Positions 40,725 to 50,834 of a stretch of DNA of 64,000 nt are shown in pieces. Source of the stretch: an uncultured Actinomycetota bacterium. GTDB lineage: Bacteria > Actinomycetota > Actinomycetes > JAHEKZ01. The stretch covers positions 192,001 through 256,000 of the forward strand of contig CAVQYR010000002.1 in NCBI GenBank assembly GCA_963718235.1, in the 5' to 3' direction. The position numbers and the translations under genes were made by a program. Under the pieces are notes generated by a model. That model was given only the letters and a program-made list of their open reading frames with translations. It was not told where the DNA came from and searched no databases. Every line of letters starts with the position of its first letter. Position 1 is the stretch's first letter.

Positions 40725-40896
40725 ACAGAACCCGTACGGGGGGTGGCGCGGGGCCCTCGGGAGCGGCTACGGTCTCAGGTTCGTCAGCCGGGGTGGGGAA
40801 GCCGCGGCGAACCCCGGGCACCGTACGTTGACGATCCATGCCTCGGGGTCGCCGGTCTGAAGGTCCCCTGCCCGGACCTACGGGGGCCGGAGTCAC

Positions 40897-41982
40897 GTGC
40901 CGCTCAAGTCGCTCGCGCAGGCCGCCCTGGTGGGGGTCCTGGCTGTGACGACCCTGGCCTTCGCGCACAGCGACAAGCGAGTGACCGTGAGCGTCGACGG
41001 TCACGCCCAGTCGGTCTCCACGCATGCGGCCACGGTCGGCGACCTCCTCTCCGAGCAGGGCTGGACCCTCGCCGTTCGTGATGTCGTGGTGCCCTCGGTG
41101 TCGTCGGTCCTGGTCGACGGTGCCCACGTCGACGTCCGGCACGCACGACTGGTCTCAGCCACCGTCGACGGACGCATCGTGCAGGTGTGGACGACCGCGC
41201 TCACCGTCGACGACGCCCTGCTCGACCTCGGGGTCCGGGCGCAGGACGCCACCGTCTCGGCGTCGCGCTCCAGTCGGATCCCACTGGCGGGACTGGACCT
41301 GACCGTCGAGCTTCCGGACACGATCACCATCAAGCACGACCAGCGACGCACCATGATCATGACGACGGCTCCCACTGTCGGTGCCGCGCTGCGCGATGCC
41401 GGGGTCGCGGTCAGCGGACGTGACCTGCTCGACTCCGAGCTCGACGCGCCCCTGGTCGACGGCACGGTGATCACGGTGACCCGGGTGGGTCTGCGGCAGC
41501 TTCGGGTGGGCTTCGCCATCTCCCACCAGGTCGTGCGCCGAGAGGACCCGTCGCTCTACACCGGCGTACAGAAGACCGTGCAGCGGGGTCGCGACGGCCG
41601 TGGGCTGGCGGTGTACCGCCTCGTGGTGCACGACGGCGTGGTCGTCCGCCGACAGCTCATCGACCGCTCCGTCGTCCGCCGACCGGTCACGGCCGTGGTC
41701 CGGGTCGGGACCAAGCCGCGTCCGGCCCCCCAGGTGCCCTCCGCATCCGGCCTCAACTGGGCTGCGCTGGCCGCGTGTGAGTCCGGGGGCAACCCCCGAG
41801 CCGTCAACCCGGCCGGCTACTACGGGCTGTACCAGTTCTCACTCGGCACCTGGGCATCGGTCGGTGGCTCGGGCAACCCCATCGACGCCTCGGCCGACGA
41901 GCAGACCTACCGGGCTCAGCTGCTGTACCAGCGCTCCGGCGCGGGCCCCTGGCCGGTCTGCGGCTCCCAGCTGTTCAGCTGA
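40897..41982 (+). CDS. rpfB: Resuscitation-promoting factor RpfB (DUF348 repeats + G5 + Rpf domain)
   Basis: Ubiquitin-like repeats, G5 ending VVRVGTK, NW.ALA.CESGGN, YYGLYQF, PWPVC; lies upstream of rsmA. Confidence 0.9.
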   Translation: MPLKSLAQAALVGVLAVTTLAFAHSDKRVTVSVDGHAQSVSTHAATVGDLLSEQGWTLAVRDVVVPSVSSVLVDGAHVDVRHARLVSATVDGRIVQVWTTALTVDDALLDLGVRAQDATVSASRSSRIPLAGLDLTVELPDTITIKHDQRRTMIMTTAPTVGAALRDAGVAVSGRDLLDSELDAPLVDGTVITVTRVGLRQLRVGFAISHQVVRREDPSLYTGVQKTVQRGRDGRGLAVYRLVVHDGVVVRRQLIDRSVVRRPVTAVVRVGTKPRPAPQVPSASGLNWAALAACESGGNPRAVNPAGYYGLYQFSLGTWASVGGSGNPIDASADEQTYRAQLLYQRSGAGPWPVCGSQLFS

Positions 41983-42002
41983 CCGCGTCCTACGCTCACG
42001 GG

Positions 42003-42857
42003 GTGAGTGCCGACGTCCGCCTGCTGACCGCGCGTGACGTCCGCGAGCTGGCGCAGCGACTGGGGGTGCGACCCACCAAGCGGTGGGGACAGAACTTCGT
42101 CATCGACCCGAACACGGTTCGCAGGATCGCCCGGGCGTCGCGTCCGCTCCCGGAAGACGTGGTGGTGGAGGTGGGACCGGGTCTGGGCTCGCTGACCCTG
42201 GCCCTCCTGCCGCACGTGGCCCACCTGTGTGCCGTCGAGCTCGACCCGGTGCTCGCCGGCGCGCTGCCCGCAACGGTGGCTGACCATGCTCCGGCGCTGG
42301 TGGACCGGTTGACGGTGCTGCAGCACGACGCACTGACGCTGGAGCGCCTTCCGGTCACCCCGACCCTGCTCGTGGCGAACCTGCCCTACAACGTCGCGGT
42401 CCCTGTGCTGCTCCACCTCCTGGCCACGTTCGGTTCGCTGCGGTCGGGGCTCGTGATGGTGCAGGCCGAGGTCGCCGACCGGCTGGCCGCTCGACCGGGG
42501 AGCAAGGCCTACGGGATCCCGAGCGTCAAGGCGGCGTGGTACGCCGACGTCGTGCGGGCGGGAGCGGTCGGGCGCTCGGTGTTCTGGCCCGCGCCCAACG
42601 TCGACTCGGGGCTCGTGGCCTTCACCGCCCACCCGCCCCCGCAGACGTCGGCCACGAGGGAGGAGGTCTTCGCCGTCGTCGACGCGGCCTTCGCCCAGAG
42701 ACGCAAGACCCTTCGGGCCGCCCTCGCCGGCTGGGCCGGATCGCCCGCCGCGGCCGAGCAGGCGCTCAAGGCGGCGGGCATCGACCCCGGCGAGCGCGGG
42801 GAGCGGCTGGGGCTGCCCGCGTTCGTCGCCGTCGCAGAGCATCGGCCCGCCCCGTAG
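42003..42857 (+). CDS. rsmA: 16S rRNA dimethyladenosine transferase
   Basis: [41 protein letters not shown]. Confidence 0.96.
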   Translation: MSADVRLLTARDVRELAQRLGVRPTKRWGQNFVIDPNTVRRIARASRPLPEDVVVEVGPGLGSLTLALLPHVAHLCAVELDPVLAGALPATVADHAPALVDRLTVLQHDALTLERLPVTPTLLVANLPYNVAVPVLLHLLATFGSLRSGLVMVQAEVADRLAARPGSKAYGIPSVKAAWYADVVRAGAVGRSVFWPAPNVDSGLVAFTAHPPPQTSATREEVFAVVDAAFAQRRKTLRAALAGWAGSPAAAEQALKAAGIDPGERGERLGLPAFVAVAEHRPAP

Positions 42858-42909
42858 CATCGGGGTCACGAGACATCGGTTCACGTGTCTTGGGTCCGAG
42901 TCGAGCGGA

Positions 42910-43821
42910 GTGTCCGGGTTGAGCACCGTCACCGTGCGCGCTCCTGCCAAGGTCAACCTCCAGCTCTCGGTCGGCGGAGTCCGCAGCGACGGCTTCCACG
43001 ACCTCGCCACCGTGTTCCAGGCCGTCTCGCTCTTCGACGACGTCACCGCCCTGCCCGGTGACCACCTGACCGTCAGCGTCGAGGGCGAGGGTGCTGACGA
43101 CGTGCCGCTCGACGAGTCGAACCTGGCGCTTCGTGCTGCGCGGGCCCTGGCCGACCATGCGCAGGTCGAGCCGCACGCCCACCTGCACGTCCACAAGGGG
43201 ATTCCCGTGGCGGGCGGGATGGCCGGAGGCAGCGCCGACGCCGCGGCGGCCCTGGTCGCCCTCGACCACCTGTGGGAGCTCGGTCTGGACCGCCAGCAGC
43301 TCGGCGAGGTCGCGGCCACGATCGGCAGCGACGTCCCGTTCGCGCTCATGGGTCACACCGCGATCGGGCTCGGCCGCGGCGAGCGGCTCTCGCCAGCGCT
43401 GGCCCGGGGGCGCTTCGAGTGGGTCTTCGCGTTCGCCTCCTCGGGCTTGTCGACCCCAGCGGTCTACTCCGAGCTCGACCGGTTGCGCGAAGGCGGGATC
43501 CAGGTCGAGCCCAAGGTCTCCGAGTCGCTCATGGCCGCCCTCCTGGCCGGCGACGCCCCCGCCCTCGGCAAGGCCATGAGCAACGACCTGCAACGCGCAG
43601 CGGTGTCTCTGCGCCCGCAGCTGGCGATGACCCTCGAGGTCGGCGACGAGTACGGAGCCCTCGCCTCGCTGGTCTCCGGCTCCGGGCCGACGGTGGCGTT
43701 CCTGGCCGCCGACGAGGAGCACGCCCTCGACCTGGCTGTCGCCCTCACGTCGGCCGGTGTCTGCCGCACCGTGCGGCGGGCGACCGGTCCGGTCACGGGG
43801 GCCAGGGTCGTCGAGCCGTGA
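42910..43821 (+). CDS. ispE: 4-diphosphocytidyl-2-C-methyl-D-erythritol kinase
   Basis: APAKVNL, K.IPVAGGMAGGSADAA, GSDVPF, SGSGPT. Confidence 0.96.
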   Translation: MSGLSTVTVRAPAKVNLQLSVGGVRSDGFHDLATVFQAVSLFDDVTALPGDHLTVSVEGEGADDVPLDESNLALRAARALADHAQVEPHAHLHVHKGIPVAGGMAGGSADAAAALVALDHLWELGLDRQQLGEVAATIGSDVPFALMGHTAIGLGRGERLSPALARGRFEWVFAFASSGLSTPAVYSELDRLREGGIQVEPKVSESLMAALLAGDAPALGKAMSNDLQRAAVSLRPQLAMTLEVGDEYGALASLVSGSGPTVAFLAADEEHALDLAVALTSAGVCRTVRRATGPVTGARVVEP

Positions 43822-43831
43822 GCATCACCAG

Positions 43832-44530
43832 ATGAGGGTCGAGCTGGAGTGGGGCACGCAGGGGCTTCGGATGCTCTCCGAGCGCTGTGACGCCGTCGTC
43901 ATCATCGACGTCCTGTCGTTCTCGACATCGGTCACGGTGGCGGTCGCCCGCGGCGCATCGGTCTGGCCGCACGCGGGGGCCGAGCGGGCCGAGGAGCTCG
44001 CTCGGGCTATCGGCGCGACCCTGGCCCGGGGACGCAACACCCGCGAGGGTCGGACGCTGTCTCCGGCGAGCATGTTGGGAGTGGAACAGGGAGAGCGGCT
44101 GGTGATGCCGTCGCCCAACGGGTCGGCGCTCTCGCACGCGGCGCTGATGTCGGGCCTCACCGTGGTCGCGGGCTCGCTGCGTAACGCGCGCGCGGTGGCC
44201 GCCTGGCTGACCTCCCACAACGAGCACGTCGGCCTCGTCCCTGCCGGGGAGCAGTGGCCCGACCACTCGCTGCGCGTCGCCTACGAGGATCTCGTCGGTG
44301 CGGGAGCCATCGCCTCCAGGCTGCAGACGCTGGACGCGAACGTGCAGCTGTCCCCGGAGGCGACGGCGGCGTTGGCCGCGTTCGACGTCCGCAGACCCTT
44401 CGACGAGACGCCGTCGGGGATCGAGCTCGTCGAGCGCGGGTTCGCCGATGACGTCGCGCTGGCCGAGGAGGTCGACGTCGACCAGGTCGTGCCCCTGCTC
44501 CTCGACGGACGGTACGTGGCGGCGCAGTGA
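43832..44530 (+). CDS. 2-phosphosulfolactate phosphatase-like protein (ComB family)
   Basis: EWG..G, IIDVLSFST, LSP, PSPNGS, LRNA.AVA, AGE.W, ED..GAG. Confidence 0.85.
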   Translation: MRVELEWGTQGLRMLSERCDAVVIIDVLSFSTSVTVAVARGASVWPHAGAERAEELARAIGATLARGRNTREGRTLSPASMLGVEQGERLVMPSPNGSALSHAALMSGLTVVAGSLRNARAVAAWLTSHNEHVGLVPAGEQWPDHSLRVAYEDLVGAGAIASRLQTLDANVQLSPEATAALAAFDVRRPFDETPSGIELVERGFADDVALAEEVDVDQVVPLLLDGRYVAAQ

Positions 44531-44548
44531 GCGCCTGACGGAGGGAGC

Positions 44549-45719
44549 ATGGTGGAGCTATCGCGGTCGCAGGCTCTGGCCCTGCGCCTGTCGAGCCTGC
44601 TGCTCGCCGGTGAGCCGTGCACTGTCACAGGTCGACGCCCCGTCGACGTGGGAGGAGTGGTCACCTGGTTCGGGGCCATGCAGGGACAGGACCTGAACAG
44701 TGTGCTGTGGTCACTGGGGGTGCGTCTGCCCTCGTTCACCCTCACCGACGTCCTGGCCGCCCTCGAACGACGGGAGGCGGTTCGGACCTGGCCCGTCCGC
44801 GGCACGATCCACCTCGTGCCGGCTCGCGACGCGCGCTGGATGGTCGAGCACGTGGGGACTCGGTCGCTGGCCGGCGCCGCGAGACGTCGGGCCTCCCTGG
44901 GCCTCACCGACCAGGACGCGAGCCGTGCGGTCGACGTCTTGGCCGACGCACTGTCCGGAGGGGGTCGCCTGACCCGCTCCCAGTGCGTGAGGGCGCTGCA
45001 GGACGCGGGTGTCCCGGTCGAGGGGCAGCGGGCCTACCACTTGCTCTGGTACGCCAGCCAGCTGGGTGTCACCTGCATCGCACCGAACCAGGGTGGCGAG
45101 CAGACGTTCGTGCTGCTCGACGAGTGGGTACCGGACCCGCACCGCCTGGACCGGGAGGAGGCCTTGTCGACGTTGGCCCAGCGCTACTTCACCAGCCACG
45201 GACCCACGACCCGCCAGGACTTCGCCGGCTGGGCGGGCCTCACTGTGGCGGACGCCAAGCGTGGGATCGCGTCCGCGGGTGACGCTCTTGCGACGGTGAC
45301 CGTCTCAGGTCAGGACATGGTCCTCGAGTCGGCGTCTCTGCAGGAACTGCAGACTGCCCAGCGAGCCGGTCAACCGGCCCGATGACGAGGTCCTGGCTCT
45401 GCCCGGGTTCGACGAGTACCTGCTCGGGTTCAAGGACCGCTCGCTCATGCTGGACCCGGAGCATGCACCGGCGATCTGCCCCGGAGGCAACGGGGTGTTC
45501 CGCGCCACGATCGTGCGGTCCGGGCGGGTGGTCGCCACCTGGGGGCGAGCCGTGGCCAGAGGGCGTACGACGGTGACCGTGCGTCCACTGGTCGCATTGA
45601 GCCGGTCGGACCTGGCCCGGACCGAGGCTGCCCTGGCTCGTTTCGGCGCCTTCACCGGCAGCCCCCTCGAGGACGTGGTGATCGACCGCGGCGACGTCGC
45701 GACGCCCGGGTCGGGCTGA
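44549..45719 (+). CDS. HTH_42 winged-helix DNA glycosylase, AlkZ-like (frameshift near 45375)
   Basis: AMQGQD (QxQ), RTW..RGTIHLV, RYF..HGP.T..DFA.WAGL; second frame LPGFDEYLLGFKDR. Confidence 0.85.
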
Positions 45720-45737
45720 CCCCGACCTGCGGGCGGG

Positions 45738-46235
45738 TCAGGCCCGGTCGAAGGGAGTCACCACGCGGCGCAGCAGGGTCGCGAGCTCGGCCTGCTCGGC
45801 GGCGTCCAGGCCGGCCAGGATCGCCCGTTCGTGCTCGAGCAGGTCGGCCAGTGCCGCGTCGACCCTGCGGCGGCCGGCCTCGGTGAGCTGGACGAGCACC
45901 CCGCGCCGGTCGACGGCGTCGGGGCGTCGAACCACGAGCCCCGAGGATTCGAGCCGGTCGATCCGGTTGGTCATGGTGCCCGAGGTGACCAGGGTCTGCT
46001 GCAGCAGCCGTCCGGGGGACAGCTCGTAGGGAGCCCCCGAACGGCGGAGGGCGGCGAGCACGTCGAACTCCCAGCCCTCGAGGTCGTGCTGGGCGAAGGC
46101 CTGGCCGCGGGCCCGGTCCAGGTGTCGGGCCAACCGAGTCACCCGGCTCAGCACCTCGAGGGGTGCGACGTCGAGGTCGGGCCGCTCGCGGCGCCAGGCC
46201 GCGACCAGCTGGTCGACCTCGTCGTGGGGGCTCAA
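45738..46235 (-). CDS. MarR family regulator (TamR/PecS/UrtR-like)
   Basis: DEVD..V.AW.RERPDLD, WEFDVL.ALRRSG, SGTMTNRIDRLE, D..DRRGV.V.LT. Confidence 0.9.
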   Translation of the reverse strand: MSPHDEVDQLVAAWRRERPDLDVAPLEVLSRVTRLARHLDRARGQAFAQHDLEGWEFDVLAALRRSGAPYELSPGRLLQQTLVTSGTMTNRIDRLESSGLVVRRPDAVDRRGVLVQLTEAGRRRVDAALADLLEHERAILAGLDAAEQAELATLLRRVVTPFDRA

Positions 46236-46582
46236 CGTCGGGCCAGCTCGTCGCAGCGGATCTGGTCGGCGGGCGACAGGTCGCGGCGCGAACAGTCCAG
46301 GGTGGGCTCGGTCCGCTGGGGCACCACGGTCGCGACCGCCGTCCACACGGCGCTGATCGCCAGCACCGACAGGGCCACGCCCATCGCCACCTGGGCGAGC
46401 CCGAGGCTGCGACCGCTGCCCCGCGCCGCACGCCAGGCGAGGCCACTTGCCACGACGGCGACGAGGGCGGCCACGAGGCCGACGCCCGGGAACACCGCGA
46501 GGAGCAGGGCGAGCACCGACAGGGCGAGGGCGACCGCGGCCAGCGGGGCCGGACGGGTCGTCGTGGCCGAAGAGGTGGACAT
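46232..46582 (-). CDS. Small membrane protein (DUF4190-like)
   Basis: Three hydrophobic segments; TAGCGT -10 upstream; stop overlaps the marR TTG start. Confidence 0.6.
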   Translation of the reverse strand: MSTSSATTTRPAPLAAVALALSVLALLLAVFPGVGLVAALVAVVASGLAWRAARGSGRSLGLAQVAMGVALSVLAISAVWTAVATVVPQRTEPTLDCSRRDLSPADQIRCDELARR

Positions 46583-46651
46583 CGGCCCCGACGCTAGCGG
46601 CCCGGGTCGGCGCCTGTCGCCCGGGTGCGGACACTCGGCCCGGACGTAGTC

Positions 46652-47305
46652 CTAGTTGTTCGTGCCAAACTGGTTCTCGAGCACGTCCTGGGTGCACTGG
46701 TCGAGCCGTTCCTGGCTCCAGTTGTTCTGTTCGGCCTCGTTGATGCAGTCGGCGACGGACGTGAACGTGTCGGCGTTGTTGGCCAGGAAGATCGTCAGGA
46801 CGACCGTGACGAACAGGGCGATCACCAAAGAGATCGCCGAGACGACGACGGCGCTGATCGACACCCCCTTGCCCCGGCCGGCCTTCTTGTCACCACTGAG
46901 TGCGACGAACCCGAGGATCAGGCCGAGGATAGGCAGGAGCAGGCCCAAGAACGGGATCCAGCACCCGAGCAGACCGAGGATCGCGATGATCAGGGCGGCG
47001 ATGGCCAGGCCGCTGGTGCCGGTGCCGGCACCAGCGGCTGCGGGGGCGTAGCCGGCTGGTGCACCGTACGGAGGGGCCGCTGCAACCGGCGGCGGGGGCG
47101 GAGGAGCCCCGTAATCGCCGGTGGGGGCGCCGTAGGGCGTCGGTGCCGGCGATGCGGGGGGCGGCGGTGCGGGGGCTGCCGGCGGCGGTGGGGCGGGCGC
47201 TGCGGGCGGCGGAGCCGCCGGTGGTGCGGGCGGCGGCGCGTAGGGGTCGGGCGCCCCACCGGCACCGGGCTGCTGCGGGTCTACGGGAGGCAGTTGGTCG
47301 CTCAT
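46652..47305 (-). CDS. Pro-rich DUF4190 membrane protein
   Basis: PPPA-rich N-terminus, GLAIAALI..ILG, ILG..AL....G.G. Confidence 0.8.
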   Translation of the reverse strand: MSDQLPPVDPQQPGAGGAPDPYAPPPAPPAAPPPAAPAPPPPAAPAPPPPASPAPTPYGAPTGDYGAPPPPPPVAAAPPYGAPAGYAPAAAGAGTGTSGLAIAALIIAILGLLGCWIPFLGLLLPILGLILGFVALSGDKKAGRGKGVSISAVVVSAISLVIALFVTVVLTIFLANNADTFTSVADCINEAEQNNWSQERLDQCTQDVLENQFGTNN

Positions 47306-47354
47306 AGCACCCACGCTAGTGCTCGGCGCCCCTTCGTGGGGAGTGCGTCGGTGG

Positions 47355-47984
47355 TCAGCGCGTCGTCAGCGTGGGCTTGCGGTCGAGGTCCTTGAGCCCG
47401 TTCCAGGCGAGGTTCACCAGGTGCGCGGCGACGTCGTCCTTCTTGGGCTTGCGGACGTCGAGCCACCACTGACCGGTGAGGGCGACCATGCCCACCAGCA
47501 TCTGGGAGTACATGGGGGCGGACTTCGTGTCGTACCCGCGTGCCTTGAACTCCGCGGCGAGCAGGTGCTCGACCTGGCTGGCGATGTCACCGATCAGGCT
47601 GGCGAAGGTACCGGTGGCAGTGGCGACCGGTGAGTCACGAACCAGGATCCGAAACCCGTCGGTGTCCTGCTCGATGTAGTCGAGCAGTGCCAGCGCCGCC
47701 TGCTCGAGCAGCTCGCGGGCATGCCCGGCGGTCAGTGCCGACGCGACCTTGTCGAGCAGGATGCGCATCTCGCGGTCGACGATCACCGCGTAGAGGCCCT
47801 CCTTGCCGCCGAAGTGCTCGTAGACGACCGGCTTGCTCACCCCCGCGTTGGCCGCGATCTCCTCCACCGAGGTGGCCTCGAACCCCTTGTCGGCGAAGGC
47901 GGACCGACCGACCTCGATGAGCTGTTCGCGGCGCGCGGCACTGCTCATCCGCGCACGGCGGCTGTTCTCGGGTCGGTCGGTCAT
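47355..47984 (-). CDS. TetR family regulator (Rv1019-like)
   Basis: RM....RREQL, SVEEIA..AGVSKPVVYEHFGGKEGLYAV.VDRE, HLVNLAWNGL. Confidence 0.92.
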   Translation of the reverse strand: MTDRPENSRRARMSSAARREQLIEVGRSAFADKGFEATSVEEIAANAGVSKPVVYEHFGGKEGLYAVIVDREMRILLDKVASALTAGHARELLEQAALALLDYIEQDTDGFRILVRDSPVATATGTFASLIGDIASQVEHLLAAEFKARGYDTKSAPMYSQMLVGMVALTGQWWLDVRKPKKDDVAAHLVNLAWNGLKDLDRKPTLTTR

Positions 47985-48019
47985 GGGGACCAGTGTGTCC
48001 TCATGCCCCGAGACCCGGG

Positions 48020-49000
48020 TCAGGGGGCGGCGGGCGACGGCTCGGTCGTGGCGCGCCTGGTCCTCAGCCGCTCGGACTTCGGCCAGCGGACGTCGGTGGC
48101 CCAGCCGAGCTGCTCGAACCAACGGATGATCCGGGCACTGATGTCGACCTGCCCCTTGTCGACGCCATGCCGTGCGCACGTGGGGTCGGCGTGGTGCAGG
48201 TTGTGCCAGCTCTCACCGAGTGAGGGGATGGCGAGCCACCAGACGTTGCCCGACCGGTCCCGCGACCGGTACGGATGGTTGCCCATCACATGGCACACCG
48301 AGTTGATCGACCAGGTGACGTGGTGCACGAGGGCGATCCGGACGAGCCCGGCCCAGAAGAACGCGGTCAGCGCCCCCCACCACGACCAGGTGAGCAGCCC
48401 GCCGAGCACGGCCGGGATGAGCAGCGTTCCGACGACCAGGCCCGGGAAGGCGCGGGAGATCCTGCGCAGCCCGGGATCGGCGAGCAGGTCGGGCACGTAC
48501 TTGTCGCGAGGCGTCTGCTCGATGTCGAACAGCCAGCCAAGGTGCGCGTAGAACAGGCCGCGCAGGACGTCACGTCGCCGCTCCCCGAACCGCCACGGCG
48601 AGTGCGGGTCGCCGACCTTGTCGCTGAACGCGTGATGACGGCGGTGGTCGGCCACCCAGCGGTCCAGCGGTCCCTCGACGGCGTAGCTGCCGAGCACGGC
48701 CAGGGTCAGCCGCAGCGGACGGTTCGCCTTGAACGAACCGTGGGTGAAGTGCCGGTGGAAGCCGACCGTGATGCCGACCGCCGTCAGGGTGTACGTGACC
48801 ACGAGCAGCCCGAGGTCGACCCAGCCCAGGAAGCCGCCCCACGCGAGCGGGATGGCGGCCAGGACGGCGAGGAAGGGCACGACGATGAAGACACCGAGCC
48901 AGAACAGGGTCGCGGGTGTCTGCCGCTCGGTGACGTCGACCGCGTCGGGGTCCAGAGGTGGCGCCTGGAGCCGCTGGAGCTGCTCGGTGCTTGGGGTCAA
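48020..49000 (-). CDS. Acyl-CoA (delta-9) desaturase
   Basis: His boxes HRHFTH, HRRHH and HNLHH; GDPHSP; GGAGG RBS before a TTG start. Confidence 0.93.
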   Translation of the reverse strand: MTPSTEQLQRLQAPPLDPDAVDVTERQTPATLFWLGVFIVVPFLAVLAAIPLAWGGFLGWVDLGLLVVTYTLTAVGITVGFHRHFTHGSFKANRPLRLTLAVLGSYAVEGPLDRWVADHRRHHAFSDKVGDPHSPWRFGERRRDVLRGLFYAHLGWLFDIEQTPRDKYVPDLLADPGLRRISRAFPGLVVGTLLIPAVLGGLLTWSWWGALTAFFWAGLVRIALVHHVTWSINSVCHVMGNHPYRSRDRSGNVWWLAIPSLGESWHNLHHADPTCARHGVDKGQVDISARIIRWFEQLGWATDVRWPKSERLRTRRATTEPSPAAP

Positions 49001-49026
49001 CGGGTCCTCCGGGGTCGGGCGGGGCT

Positions 49027-49060
49027 GGTTACGGCAGCGTAACCTACGCAACCGTAAGTT
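49027..49060. promoter_or_regulatory. Tandem palindromic operator upstream of the desaturase
   Basis: GGTTACG-GCAG-CGTAACC overlapping AACCTACG-CAAC-CGTAAGTT. Confidence 0.65.
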
Positions 49061-49111
49061 GGTACCGCCCCGATCCGCGCCGGCCGCGCAACTACGCTGG
49101 GGGCGCTGTGG

Positions 49112-49182
49112 TCCCGGGTCGTCTAAGGGCAGGACAGCGGGTTTTGGTCCCGCTAATGGGGGTTCGAATCCTCCCCCGGGAG
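49112..49182 (+). tRNA. tRNA-Gln(TTG)
   Basis: TCCCGGGTCGTCTAAGGGCAGGACAGCGGGTTTTGGTCCCGCTAATGGGGGTTCGAATCCTCCCCCGGGAG; usual position upstream of glmU. Confidence 0.95.
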
Positions 49183-49304
49183 CCCGTCGGGCGCGGCCTC
49201 GGAGACGAGGCGACGGTCGCCCCGCCACGGCCGCGGCGGGCGCCGGTATCCTCAGCCGTGGTCATCCGGCCGTCCCCGGCGCCGAGGAGTGCGAAGCGTT
49301 GAGC

Positions 49305-50834
49305 GTGAGCCGCCCGGCTGTCGTCGTCCTCGCGGCCGGCGAAGGCACGCGCATGCGGTCGCGGACCCCCAAGGTGCTGCACTCCCTGCTGGGTCGCCCG
49401 CTGCTGGGGCATGTGCTGCACGCCGTCGCGCCACTCGCACCGGAGTCGACGACGGTCGTGGTCGGCCACGGACGTGACCTCGTGACCTCGTGGCTGGCGG
49501 CCTCACACGAGCACGTGGACGCTGTCGTGCAGGATCCGCAGCACGGCACCGGGCACGCGGTCCGGATCGCCCTGGAGCAACGCCCCTCGCCGTCCGGCAC
49601 CATCGTGGTCCTCCTCGGGGACACCCCACTGCTGACCACTTCCTCCCTCCACGACCTCCTGCTCACCCACCAGGGGCGACAAGCGGCGGCCACGGTGCTC
49701 ACGGCGTCGGTGCCCGACCCGAGCGGCTACGGGCGGATCCTCCGTGACGCGGACGGTCAGGTCGTCGCCATCGTCGAGCAGCGCGACGCCGACGAGGCGA
49801 CGCTGCGGATCAGCGAGATCAACTCCGGGCTCTTCGTCTTCGACCGGGACGCGCTGCTCGAGGCACTGGGTCGGATCGACCGGGACAACAGCCAGGGCGA
49901 GGAGTACCTCACCGACGCCGTGTCCGTGATCCGCGCCACGGGTCGTTCCGTGGTGGCGCACCAGGTCGACGACGCCCGCGAGGTACTCGGGGTCAACGAC
50001 CGCGCCCAGCTGGCCGTGGCCCGCGCCCTGCTGCGCGATCGGGTCAACCACCGGTGGATGCTCGAGGGCGTGGGGATCGTCGACCCGTCTTCGACCTGGA
50101 TCGACGTCGACGTGACCCTCGCCGCCGACTCGGTCATCCACCCGCAGACGGCGCTTCGTGGTGCCACGACCGTGGCCCGTGAGGCACAGGTCGGTCCCGG
50201 CTGCGTGCTGACCGACACCGACGTCGCCGAAGGGGCGGTCGTGTCGTTCACGACGGCCGACGGGGCTCGGATCGGGCCGGGGGCCAGGGTCGGCCCTTAC
50301 ACCTACCTGCGCCCCGGCACCGTGCTCGGCCCGCAGACCAGGGCCGGCGCTTTCGTGGAGATGAAGAACGCCGTCCTCGACACCGCGGCCAAGGTGCCTC
50401 ATCTGTCCTACGTGGGCGACGCCGAGATCGGAGAGGGCGCGAACATCGGGGCGGCGACGATCTTCGTGAACTACGACGGGGTGGCCAAGCACCGCACGGT
50501 CGTGGGTCGCCAGGCCCGGGTCGGCAGCGACAGCATGCTCGTCGCACCGGTCACCATCGGGGACGGTGCGTACACGGCCGCCGGGTCGGTCATCACCGAC
50601 GACGTACCGGCCGGAGCCATGGCCGTGGCGCGCGGCAAGCAGCGCACCATCACCGGCTGGGTCGCTCGACGCCGGGCCGGCTCGGCGTCGGCCGTCGCAG
50701 CAGCCGAGGCGGATGCCGAGAGAGACACAGAAGCAGAAGCAGCGACGATGCCGTCGGTTCCCTCAGGTTCACACCCATCCCATGCAGGTGAACGAGACGA
50801 CATCGTCTCGACGGAAGGCGGGCCCGCAGCATGA
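49305..50834 (+). CDS. glmU: Bifunctional GlcNAc-1-P uridyltransferase/acetyltransferase
   Basis: LAAGEGTRM.S..PKVLH, GTGHAV, GYGRI, NSQGEEYLTD, HLSYVGDA, NYDG. Confidence 0.97.
   Translation: MSRPAVVVLAAGEGTRMRSRTPKVLHSLLGRPLLGHVLHAVAPLAPESTTVVVGHGRDLVTSWLAASHEHVDAVVQDPQHGTGHAVRIALEQRPSPSGTIVVLLGDTPLLTTSSLHDLLLTHQGRQAAATVLTASVPDPSGYGRILRDADGQVVAIVEQRDADEATLRISEINSGLFVFDRDALLEALGRIDRDNSQGEEYLTDAVSVIRATGRSVVAHQVDDAREVLGVNDRAQLAVARALLRDRVNHRWMLEGVGIVDPSSTWIDVDVTLAADSVIHPQTALRGATTVAREAQVGPGCVLTDTDVAEGAVVSFTTADGARIGPGARVGPYTYLRPGTVLGPQTRAGAFVEMKNAVLDTAAKVPHLSYVGDAEIGEGANIGAATIFVNYDGVAKHRTVVGRQARVGSDSMLVAPVTIGDGAYTAAGSVITDDVPAGAMAVARGKQRTITGWVARRRAGSASAVAAAEADAERDTEAEAATMPSVPSGSHPSHAGERDDIVSTEGGPAA

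Noticed and set aside
40725-40896. c-di-AMP (ydaO) riboswitch upstream of rpfB
   Set aside because: The ordered consensus blocks (GAATCC...GGGGAACC...GGGGTGAA...CCGTCAGCTAAC) are not present
47050-47290. Pro/Ala-rich GC repeats
   Set aside because: Ordinary low-complexity N-terminus of a DUF4190 protein
48729-49304. Long N-terminal extensions of glmU and the desaturase in the ORF track
   Set aside because: They overlap tRNA-Gln and the operator; better starts exist at 49305 and 49000
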